Source: Hymenobacteraceae bacterium
GTDB taxonomy: Bacteria; Bacteroidota; Bacteroidia; Cytophagales; Hymenobacteraceae
DNA length: 64,000 nucleotides
Assembly (NCBI GenBank): GCA_022701825.1
Contig: JAKONR010000544.1
Coordinates: 1,825 to 65,824, forward strand
Direction: 5' to 3'
In this document: positions 28,832 through 37,639 of the stretch, piece by piece
How positions within the stretch are numbered: the first letter of the stretch is position 1
Layout of the letters: the number at the start of each line of letters is the position of its first letter
Notes under the pieces: model-generated
The model's input: only the letters and a program-made list of their open reading frames with translations
The model's database searches: none
Told to the model about the DNA's origin: nothing
Program-made: the position numbers and the translations under genes

Positions 28832-30701
28832 TTATTTCTCTGGCGAGCGCATAATTTTATATCTATGCAAAGTACGAGCTAAGCAGGCTCACGCTCGCAA
28901 TAAAAAACACGGTATTCATATTCTCACTGGACATGACGCACACAATTACCATATCAATGACTCAAACACTACTTCCGAGTTTGATAAGAAGCTACTAAGT
29001 GAAATAAACCAATTGATGCCCAAGAGAAGGCAATGGATACGGTTAAAGAAAGAAGATAGATACAAGAAAAATAACAAGAATGCACATAAGCAAAAACTAT
29101 CCTCGTTAGAAATAACTACAAAGACCATATTTTTAACTATAAAGTATTTTAGAAAGCGAAATCCGAATGAGTTATTCTTAATAAACCTTGATAACTTTGT
29201 AAACGAAATTCAAAACACAGTTTCAGACCCTAGCTACACTATTACTCCGCCCAAGATATATCCAAAGCCAAAAAATCTCAAATCTGCAAGCAGTCTTAAA
29301 CCCGGAGAGAATAATGTATGCAGACCTATTACACTGTTCCATCTGAAGGACAGAATAATAATATGCTTCGTAAACAAGTTTCTCACTTGCGTTTTTGATA
29401 AGTATTTCGAGAGTTACTCCTTAGCGTTTCGCGCAGCGCAGGATAGCAATGGCGTCAAAAAGATTCTATCCCATCACGATGCTATTGAATCTATACTCAC
29501 ATATAAATCCGCACATGCTACCAACCCACTGTGGGTAGCAGAGTGTGACATGAAAAAGTTTTACGATTCCGTAAATCACATTGTTGCACTAAATAGCTTC
29601 GATAGACTAGCAGGCTTAGCAACGATTGATACCCCCAGCTTGGACTTAAGGGTAGCCAGGCAAATCTTCATTAAATATCTTGATTGCTACTGCTTTAAAA
29701 CTAACGTATTGTGCCACAATACGAACGAAGCCTATTGGGTGGAGCACAGAATAGCATCTGGTGCTTTTGACTGGATAGAAGCTGAGCTCACAAAACTCAA
29801 CTACTACAATCATGGGTTCAGCCCTTCCTTATCCTGGAGAACATTAATATGTCTAATCAAATACCTTCTGTCCTGTCTTAAAAAAAGGCCTGTTTTCGAG
29901 CAGGCAAGAATCGGAGTGCCACAAGGAGGAGCCCTATCAGGCTTAATTGCGAATATGGTACTAGATGAGGTAGACAAGAAGCTGAATATAAGTGATGATT
30001 TTCTTTACATTAGATTCTGTGATGACATGGTAATAATGCATCCTAACCAAAAGGAATGCAAAAAAAAGATAAATACTTATCAATCACTCTTAAAAACGTT
30101 AAAACTTGTTCCTCATAAGTTTGAAAGTATCAAAAAGCTAAGAAAATCGGATGGCTCTCTAGCGCCTTTTTGGGAAAAGAAATCTAAAGGACCTTATAAG
30201 TGGGACGAAGCTCGCAACCATGGCTTTCCGTGGATCGGATTTGTAGGCTACGAGGTTCATTGTAGTGGAAAGGAAATAAGAATTAGGAAAAGCTCACTAA
30301 AAAAGGAAATTCAGAAACAAAAAAGAATTGTTGAGCATATAAAGGAATCTATAGAAAAGGGACAGAGAGTAACAAATGGAGAAGTAGCAAAATCAGTGAT
30401 TCTGCGCCTTATTGGCATGTCCGTAGGCAGAGTAGAACTATGGAATCACAAGCACGTTGTTAATGAAATGTGCTGGCAGGTGGGTTTTCGCATGCTGCGT
30501 AACACAAGGCATGCGATACACCAGATTAAAAGGCTTGACAAAAGTCGCAGTAAATTATACTATGATTTGCTACACCACTTAAGAAAAAAAGGCAAAATGT
30601 CAACCAAGCCTAAGGTTAGAAAAAACGCCCAAAAAATTATATCCTACAACCGACCATTCAGCTACTTTCATCAAGTGATTTCGAGAAAGACAGAATCCTA
30701 A
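28815..30701 (+). CDS. Reverse transcriptase, UG/Abi (DRT)-like, FCDD catalytic motif
   Basis: CRPITLFHLKDRI, SLAFR, ECDMKKFYDSVNH, GVPQGGALSGLIAN, YIRFCDDMVI and FVGY motifs; no recognisable maturase/HNH, Cas1 or retron VTG motif. Confidence 0.9.
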   Translation: MKTLHDYFSGERIILYLCKVRAKQAHARNKKHGIHILTGHDAHNYHINDSNTTSEFDKKLLSEINQLMPKRRQWIRLKKEDRYKKNNKNAHKQKLSSLEITTKTIFLTIKYFRKRNPNELFLINLDNFVNEIQNTVSDPSYTITPPKIYPKPKNLKSASSLKPGENNVCRPITLFHLKDRIIICFVNKFLTCVFDKYFESYSLAFRAAQDSNGVKKILSHHDAIESILTYKSAHATNPLWVAECDMKKFYDSVNHIVALNSFDRLAGLATIDTPSLDLRVARQIFIKYLDCYCFKTNVLCHNTNEAYWVEHRIASGAFDWIEAELTKLNYYNHGFSPSLSWRTLICLIKYLLSCLKKRPVFEQARIGVPQGGALSGLIANMVLDEVDKKLNISDDFLYIRFCDDMVIMHPNQKECKKKINTYQSLLKTLKLVPHKFESIKKLRKSDGSLAPFWEKKSKGPYKWDEARNHGFPWIGFVGYEVHCSGKEIRIRKSSLKKEIQKQKRIVEHIKESIEKGQRVTNGEVAKSVILRLIGMSVGRVELWNHKHVVNEMCWQVGFRMLRNTRHAIHQIKRLDKSRSKLYYDLLHHLRKKGKMSTKPKVRKNAQKIISYNRPFSYFHQVISRKTES

Positions 30702-30804
30702 TCTTGTGGCGCCCCGCCCTAAAAATCATTTCCAGATTATATTCATACACACTTTATAACCTTGGGGCTAGCACCAAGGCTTTATACATCCTGCTTATAC
30801 ACAC

Positions 30805-33800
30805 ATGCCCCAACTACAAGCAGGCTATGCCGTCGAGGAAGTACTTCACTTTCTATCCACACCGCAGCTTCAACAAGCAATACCCGCTGCCCAAGTACGG
30901 GAAATGCTACATCACTTGTCGTGGTTTGAGGTAGAGTCCACGGTAGCTTTCGACCAGCGAGGCATTGAGCATGATAACGAGGCGCTCTGGTCGGTCGCCG
31001 CCAATCTAGTCAGCAGAGGCCTCCCGACGAGGGCACCGCTCTCCTTAACCAAGGATTTACTAGCTAAGTACTGGCCTCAAGGCGCGGAGCAGGACAATAC
31101 CGCCTTCGAACAAGGAGTATATAAGTTCAAGCTGGCCGAATCTGCTAAACCAGAGCTTTGGGCTAAGTGGTTGTGGCGAGCGCTCCACCCTATTGACCCG
31201 CGGCTGCACCCCACTGCCACGATGCTCAGTGACCTGCAGAGCTGGGAGTCGCATGGCAGTACTTTCGAGCGCCGGTTCTTGACACAGATTATTCCCGCGC
31301 TGGATGGGGCTTATCTGATGCAGCTACTCCAGCCGCAGGTAGCACTGCGCAACTTGCTCGAATGGGCCCCCGACGAAGCGGAGCAATTACACAAGCTGCT
31401 GCAAACAAATCCCGAGGATTTCACTGACCAATCAGTTGATTTCACGCTACCCCTTCCTTACCCATGGCTTCGTAGCAACCTAGCAACCCACGGATTTGTC
31501 CTGGAAGTCGACGGCAGTCAGCATTGGGAAGATGAAACACAGCGCCGGAAGGATGCAGCGCGGGATAAGGCAACGCGCGAGGCAGGCTGGGTACCGCTTC
31601 GCTTACGCACCACCGACTTTTCGCAGCCTGAAAAAGCCCTGCATACGTTACACGAGGCAACTAAGCAGCACGACTATTTTCAACTACTACGCGCGAACTA
31701 TGAGCGCTCCTTACTGGCTACGGGACAGGGACGAGCAGCTTTAGGGCTAACACTAGGCCCGCTAGCGGTAGGCCGCCTGCATCGCACGCTACTGGAGTGT
31801 ATGCTAAATGGGCTACTGCCAGCCCACAAGACTATATGGCGGATTGCCATTATCGAACGGGACATTCCCTGCGCTAGCTGGGCCGTAGCGTGCCTTGCGG
31901 AGCAGATGGAGCAGCTCTACTGCCTGCAGGGCCTAGGGCGACATTTGCCCGACATCGTACTACACATCGTCCCAGCGCCAGAGTTCGAGCCGGTGGAGGT
32001 TGAATCTAGCCAATTCTGCTTTACCAGCGGCGTTGAAGTTCAGGTGCTGGAAACACCTACTTCCCTTAAGGATGACTATGACGTTCTGCTGGATATATCC
32101 ATGCTGCAACGACCTGGCTTTAGCCAGGCGCCCCCGCTACACCGCACGCCCTGTCTAACGCTTCGCACAGCGCACGCGCCCCAGCAAGCTCGCTCGTTTC
32201 ATACGGCTCCGCTTATCCCTTATCCTGCTCTAGTAGAGCGAGACGGCAGCAGTGAGTCGGCCTTCCACGTGGCCGACGAGCAGCGCCCCCGCGTGGCGGC
32301 TCTGGAATATTTTGTGCAAAATATCTTTCGCAAAAAAGGCCTACGAGCAGGTCAACTACCCATAATTAGCCGAGGCCTGCAGGGCAAAAGCGTTTTGGGC
32401 CTGCTACCAACCGGCGGTGGCAAGTCTCTTACTTATCAAGTAGCCGCATTGCTTCAACCCGGTATCGCGCTAGTAGTTGATCCCATTAAGTCTCTCATGC
32501 TTGACCAGTATGATGGCTTGCACGATAACTGGATCGACGCCGCTTCTTATGTGAATGGGTCCGTACGCTCACGTGTGCAGCGCGAATTACGGCTTGCTCG
32601 CCTACGCCGGGGAGAAGTGCTGTTTTTCTTCATTTCGCCTGAGCGCATGGTTATTCCTGACTTTCGTCAGAAACTTCAAGCTATGTACTTGGCAGAGCCT
32701 AGGGTGGGGTTTAGCTACTGTGTCATTGACGAGGCGCACTGCGTATCGGAATGGGGCCATGACTTCCGAACACCCTATCTACGCCTTGGCATCAATGCGC
32801 GCACCTATTGCCGGACCTATGATGGTAGTCCCTTGCCGCTTTACGGCCTAACAGCAACTGCCTCTTTCGATGTACTAGCCGACGTGCAACGGGAGTTGAA
32901 CCTAGAAAATGAGGATGAGGCGATTGTGCGTACGGAAGTTTCTGCCCGGCAAGAGTTACATGTCCGCATCTTACCCATCCAGGTCAACGACCCGCTTGCA
33001 TTTGATGCAGCTGGCCCAGCCAAACAAAAAGCGCTACTTGATTTACTGTCTACTATACCCCAGGACCTACGCCGCTGGAATGGTCAATCCGCTATAAGTC
33101 TAGACGAGGACACCGCCTTAACTGTGAGGCGTATCCCCAACCTAGAAGATGCTACCTTTTTCCTTCCTAACGAAAGGGGGAAGTACGAGCACGCAGGCCT
33201 CATCTTCTGCCCTCATAAGAGTCCCAAAATTTCGTCTGGCGTACGCCGTGTGGTTTACGCATTAAATGAACCTGGCCAAGACCTGCCTCATTTAAAAATA
33301 GGCTACTTTATGGGAGCTAGTGCCGACGACGGGGATGCTTCTGAGCAGACCCAACAGCGAGAGCTTGTTTCCATGGATGGAATGCAAACGCAGTTCAAGG
33401 CCAATGAATTGAACCTGCTCGTAGCTACCAAAGCCTTCGGTATGGGCATCGACAAACCGAATGTGCGCTTTACGGTGCACTACTGTTACCCAGGCTCCAT
33501 CGAAAGCTTCGTGCAGGAGGCTGGGCGGGCTGGGCGCGACCGGGCTACGGCAGTCAACTATGTACTTTACTACAAAGAGGACGTCGAGATTCAGCAAAAC
33601 TTCCTAGCCAATGCTTTTAAGGGCAGTCATAAGGAGGGGTGCATCATGCATGAGCTACTAACGCTCATCACCTTTCCCACTTCCGAGCAGTGCGAAGAGC
33701 TAAATCATGAGTTAGAGATTGCCTTTCCCGAAATTCCTGTAACAGCCTCGCTTTACGCGCTCCCAGGTCAATCTACCCCACGTTACCTGTACCTCAACCA

Positions 33801-35196
33801 AGCGCACAGCTGTAGCTATGGTCGCATTGATTTAGCTAATCCACAGGCAATAAAGGGGGATACTGACAAAAAGCACCCTGACATCTCCTTTACGCAGGCG
33901 CAGCAGGTAGTTAATTGGACTATCAACTACTTATTAACTGAGCTGCCTACGCTGGCTCGCACTAGTCAGGCAACGCTAGCTAAACACTTAAGCGGACGTA
34001 GCGCCGCAGCTAATACGCCGGGCATTATTCCCCGCTTAGAAGAAGTAGGTTTTGGCACGAGCCCTGAACCGCTGACCATTGGCTTTGCAAATGGAATGCT
34101 ACGTGAAATCAGCGAAACTGCGCATACTTTCTCGCTTGATTTACCCATCCCGTTACTTCGCAAGGCGTCAGCTTATGCAAATACACCCGAAAAATTCTTA
34201 AGCAACCTTCAAAAGGCTTACAAGAAATCGACTAATCAGACGCTGCGCTTACCAGCAGCATTGCGCGACCTTATCAAGGAGCTGGTTCCTAGGATTCGTC
34301 AGGAAGAAGATACCGCTAAGGCAGTCCATCGCCTGTGCTTGCTAGGTGTCATTCGTGACTACACTATCGATTACGGCGCCCGCGCTATGACGCTCTACTT
34401 TGCCCCTAGGCAAAGTGAAGATGAAGTACTAAGTGCCTATCGCACCTACCTTCTGCGCTATACGACTCCTCCTAGGGTGGACGAACGTGTAGTAGCCGTA
34501 CGAGAAGCAGCGGCTGGCCATCATATTCTACCCGCCTGCCTCGATAACCTGCTGAACTTCACTTATACAGAAACTGCTGCTAAGCGCCAAGAGTCTATCA
34601 AGGCAATGGGCAACGCGTGTGAGATGGGTCTGAATGGGGAGAACCTAAGCGAATACTTTGACCTCTACTTCAATTCCAAATATGCCCGGGAGGAATACCT
34701 TCCTAAACACACACAGAAGGGCCGCTATTTTGACCAGGCAATCCTCTGGCGCTACCTTAATTACATTGGTAACCCTCCGGATAACTTAGGCAAGGAGAAG
34801 GATAATGCAAAGCACTTGCGTGGGGCCTGCAGCCGACTCCTCCAAGACCGTATCTACAGCGCGAATGGCGCCATTCTACTACTAAGCGGATTTACAACGC
34901 TCTTCCTTGAGTTAAGCAAGCCTAAAGACAAGCAAGCTGAACGGCTTTTGCACGAAGGCCGCACTAATCTTCTAGCGGGCTTTAACGCATTTCAAGCGCA
35001 AGATGCCTTAGAGCTACCGACACTTCTGGCGTTTGTTCAGCAGTTTGCCGCGGCTGCCGGCAGATATGATAACCGAGTAGCTGCCTTTATCAATACCCAT
35101 ATTACGTCCCAGTTAGAGCTTGAGATGCTCACTAGCTGGCTCCAAGCATTCAATCACAACTTTGACGACCGGCCAGCGCTGGCGGTCGTAGCTTAA
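30805..35196 (+). CDS. RecQ-family SF2 helicase with N-terminal DUF559/Vsr-like nuclease domain
   Basis: LEVDGSQHW...RKDAARD...GWVPLRL; LPTGGGKSLTYQ, DEAHCVSEWGHDFR, TATA, ATKAFGMGIDK and QEAGRAGRD. Confidence 0.87.
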   Translation: MPQLQAGYAVEEVLHFLSTPQLQQAIPAAQVREMLHHLSWFEVESTVAFDQRGIEHDNEALWSVAANLVSRGLPTRAPLSLTKDLLAKYWPQGAEQDNTAFEQGVYKFKLAESAKPELWAKWLWRALHPIDPRLHPTATMLSDLQSWESHGSTFERRFLTQIIPALDGAYLMQLLQPQVALRNLLEWAPDEAEQLHKLLQTNPEDFTDQSVDFTLPLPYPWLRSNLATHGFVLEVDGSQHWEDETQRRKDAARDKATREAGWVPLRLRTTDFSQPEKALHTLHEATKQHDYFQLLRANYERSLLATGQGRAALGLTLGPLAVGRLHRTLLECMLNGLLPAHKTIWRIAIIERDIPCASWAVACLAEQMEQLYCLQGLGRHLPDIVLHIVPAPEFEPVEVESSQFCFTSGVEVQVLETPTSLKDDYDVLLDISMLQRPGFSQAPPLHRTPCLTLRTAHAPQQARSFHTAPLIPYPALVERDGSSESAFHVADEQRPRVAALEYFVQNIFRKKGLRAGQLPIISRGLQGKSVLGLLPTGGGKSLTYQVAALLQPGIALVVDPIKSLMLDQYDGLHDNWIDAASYVNGSVRSRVQRELRLARLRRGEVLFFFISPERMVIPDFRQKLQAMYLAEPRVGFSYCVIDEAHCVSEWGHDFRTPYLRLGINARTYCRTYDGSPLPLYGLTATASFDVLADVQRELNLENEDEAIVRTEVSARQELHVRILPIQVNDPLAFDAAGPAKQKALLDLLSTIPQDLRRWNGQSAISLDEDTALTVRRIPNLEDATFFLPNERGKYEHAGLIFCPHKSPKISSGVRRVVYALNEPGQDLPHLKIGYFMGASADDGDASEQTQQRELVSMDGMQTQFKANELNLLVATKAFGMGIDKPNVRFTVHYCYPGSIESFVQEAGRAGRDRATAVNYVLYYKEDVEIQQNFLANAFKGSHKEGCIMHELLTLITFPTSEQCEELNHELEIAFPEIPVTASLYALPGQSTPRYLYLNQAHSCSYGRIDLANPQAIKGDTDKKHPDISFTQAQQVVNWTINYLLTELPTLARTSQATLAKHLSGRSAAANTPGIIPRLEEVGFGTSPEPLTIGFANGMLREISETAHTFSLDLPIPLLRKASAYANTPEKFLSNLQKAYKKSTNQTLRLPAALRDLIKELVPRIRQEEDTAKAVHRLCLLGVIRDYTIDYGARAMTLYFAPRQSEDEVLSAYRTYLLRYTTPPRVDERVVAVREAAAGHHILPACLDNLLNFTYTETAAKRQESIKAMGNACEMGLNGENLSEYFDLYFNSKYAREEYLPKHTQKGRYFDQAILWRYLNYIGNPPDNLGKEKDNAKHLRGACSRLLQDRIYSANGAILLLSGFTTLFLELSKPKDKQAERLLHEGRTNLLAGFNAFQAQDALELPTLLAFVQQFAAAAGRYDNRVAAFINTHITSQLELEMLTSWLQAFNHNFDDRPALAVVA

Positions 35197-35207
35197 GACT
35201 CTCTTCT

Positions 35208-36041
35208 ATGCTCTCCGCGCAGCCTTCCCTCGAAATTCTGAAGCAGGAATTATCCCGTCTCTCCACGTATACCAAAGAAATAGGCAAAGCCCAGGAAGTT
35301 GCTACTCAAGCTCAAGCAGCAGCGACTGCTGTCATCAAAGCTGCTGAGAACATCGGTCTAAAAAGCAGCCAGCTACTTGGCGACTTAAAGACGGAGCATC
35401 TGCGTGCTGTTTCTGAGCAGACTGTTATCCTAGAGAAAGCATCTCATCAGCAGGCTGCGGACGCACAAGACATCATTAGACAGGAGATAAGCGGCCTGCG
35501 CCAAGGCGCAGAGACTGCCGCAAAAGTGCTGCAGCAGGTACTGGAAGAACAACCACATATTCTGGCTACTATCACAGCACAATATAAGCAGGAAGGAAGC
35601 TCGCAAACGGACTTACTACGCCAACGAATTGGGGAATCCACAGCTTTCTTAACTGAGCAAGTAGCCTCTCAAATTGGGAAGCTCAATCAGGTAAAAAAGG
35701 ACTTCGACGTAGCGGTGCGTAAGCAGATAGATGTGCTCACCTCCATTACAGACCGGCTTCAAGTCATCTCTGGGAGCCTAACTGCTTTTCGGGATGCGAT
35801 GAATGCGGCCAGGTTTACGGATCACTTAGAAGAGTTAGATAGCAAGCAAGAAAAACTAGTAGTTCTCACTGCGCAGAATCATACAAGTCTCCTAAACCGG
35901 CTCGAAGTGCTTGAGAGTATCCAGCAGCACGGCGCAGAGATGAACACAACCTTGGCTGCGCTCAAGAGCCAAAACCTAATACTACAGGCTGTCATAGCAG
36001 TGGGTACTGTTGTGCTGCTTGCTCTTCACTTTATAAAATAA
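35208..36041 (+). CDS. Coiled-coil protein with a single C-terminal transmembrane anchor
   Basis: Helical Q/E/K/A-rich body; hydrophobic tail LILQAVIAVGTVVLLALHF; starts 11 bp after the RecQ-like gene. Confidence 0.7.
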   Translation: MLSAQPSLEILKQELSRLSTYTKEIGKAQEVATQAQAAATAVIKAAENIGLKSSQLLGDLKTEHLRAVSEQTVILEKASHQQAADAQDIIRQEISGLRQGAETAAKVLQQVLEEQPHILATITAQYKQEGSSQTDLLRQRIGESTAFLTEQVASQIGKLNQVKKDFDVAVRKQIDVLTSITDRLQVISGSLTAFRDAMNAARFTDHLEELDSKQEKLVVLTAQNHTSLLNRLEVLESIQQHGAEMNTTLAALKSQNLILQAVIAVGTVVLLALHFIK

Positions 36042-36196
36042 GCACCTCATCAAATCATGGGGAAAGAGATCAGCTTATTATCGGGCTGAAGTGTTCTAGG
36101 CTAGGCGCACAGAAGCAAAAGATATATTTTTCGAAACCTATTTTCAAAACACGTCTCAACTCTGTACAGCTTAGCTAGGCCACCTCAACCTACTAT

Positions 36197-37459
36197 CTAC
36201 AGCAAGGATTGCAACTTCATTAACTTGTAGACTGGCAGCAACTTCTCCCAGTCCTGCATCACCGTCGCTGGCAACGTAGTGAGCGAGACGCGTGGGTCAT
36301 TTGGCGCATACTGATGCCGAATAATGAAGTACTGTCCGCCCACCTCATCAGGCCGCACATAGGCTGCTAGTTCCTGTGCGTTTGCGAAGTCTATCACCTT
36401 CCGTGGGGTACCACCCCCCACCTGAATCCTGAACTCACTTCCTAGCTGCGTTAACACCTCAAAAAATTGCTCTCGGTAATCGGACCGCCGCATCTTCCGG
36501 TGAAAATCTTGCCGGTCCACTACTTGTTTGTCGCGGCCAATGCGGCACCAGGTTTCAACAGAGTGTTCGAATAAAATCACTTGTAACCGGATAAACTCCT
36601 TCGGTGTAGCTGCCTCATTAATCGCTTTTAGCTCGGACTTGCTACGTCCAAAGTTTAGCCAGATAGCCTTCAAATCGGGCTCCACTCCTACCCCGTGCAC
36701 TGCGGCAGACACTTGGTTTTCTACGCGGTAGTGTGGGTGCAGGTCCCACTTTTTTTGCTGCACTGATTTGGCCAGTTGGTCGTGTAATTTATAGAGGCGG
36801 TTGCGTACCACATTGCGCTCGCGGTTAGCTACCTCGTCTTGTGCTCGCCACCGGTCACTGGCAAATGCCCGAAAATGTTCCGTGGTAAAAAACTGTCCTG
36901 CTAAAGAAAGCGTGGACTTTTCCTGAGCAGCCACTTGCTTTAGTTCTGCTACAAGCTTCCGCACCGCCGGCTCCACGGCCCGACGCTCGGCAAATACCTT
37001 ACTATATTCCTCTACAAAGGTCGGGGTAAGCGCGAGGCCCTGTTCGTAGAGGGGAACCCACCACATAGCTAGCAGTTTTTTTACCTCATTCTCTTGTCTA
37101 ATCACGGCCGTCAACTCCACATTATTCTTAAGTCCACCAGCCGTGACATTAGCTGAGCCGATGAAGGCCACGTAGTGCTCAGCTTGCCGCACTACATACA
37201 CCTTAGGATGATACGTCGCCTCGCCCCCGTATAATCGTGCCGTCCTAGGAGCTTGCCACGTTAGCAAGCGCGTGAGGGCAGCCGGCGGGGTAGGCAAATC
37301 CACCCCAACTAGTAGCCTTACTGTGGCCGTGGGTGGGGTGTGCTGCTGCAAAAAATCTAGGCCCTGCTCATTGATCAAGGCTACGGCTATCCATACCTCT
37401 TCGGCGGCGGTTAGGGCAGCAGCTAACTCCTCTGCTAGTGTGGTTGTGAAAGCAGACAT
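36197..37459 (-). CDS. PLD-family (NgoFVII/BfiI-like) nuclease with C-terminal putative DNA-recognition domain
   Basis: YHPKVY...FIGSANVTAGGLKNNVE HKD-type motif. Confidence 0.8.
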   Translation of the reverse strand: MSAFTTTLAEELAAALTAAEEVWIAVALINEQGLDFLQQHTPPTATVRLLVGVDLPTPPAALTRLLTWQAPRTARLYGGEATYHPKVYVVRQAEHYVAFIGSANVTAGGLKNNVELTAVIRQENEVKKLLAMWWVPLYEQGLALTPTFVEEYSKVFAERRAVEPAVRKLVAELKQVAAQEKSTLSLAGQFFTTEHFRAFASDRWRAQDEVANRERNVVRNRLYKLHDQLAKSVQQKKWDLHPHYRVENQVSAAVHGVGVEPDLKAIWLNFGRSKSELKAINEAATPKEFIRLQVILFEHSVETWCRIGRDKQVVDRQDFHRKMRRSDYREQFFEVLTQLGSEFRIQVGGGTPRKVIDFANAQELAAYVRPDEVGGQYFIIRHQYAPNDPRVSLTTLPATVMQDWEKLLPVYKLMKLQSLL

Positions 37460-37639
37460 TTTGAGGTGCGCAGGTAAATCCAGACAGTTTAGGAGCCTAA
37501 TTGCGCTCTTAAAGATGCATGTTTCAGAACTAGTAACCGCTAATTATTAGCTTGCCGGATGGGAAAGCACATACTATCCTATTTCCAAATACTTGTTCTA
37601 CTCCTCCATATCTGACCTCCCAGCGCACTCCCCCACTTT

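Noticed and set aside
28815-30701. RT as a group II intron, DGR, retron or CRISPR-associated RT
   Set aside because: No maturase/HNH domain or intron ends, no TR/VR repeat pair or avd gene, no retron NAxxH/VTG motifs and no cas genes were seen. The closing stem is retron-like, so phylogeny is still needed.
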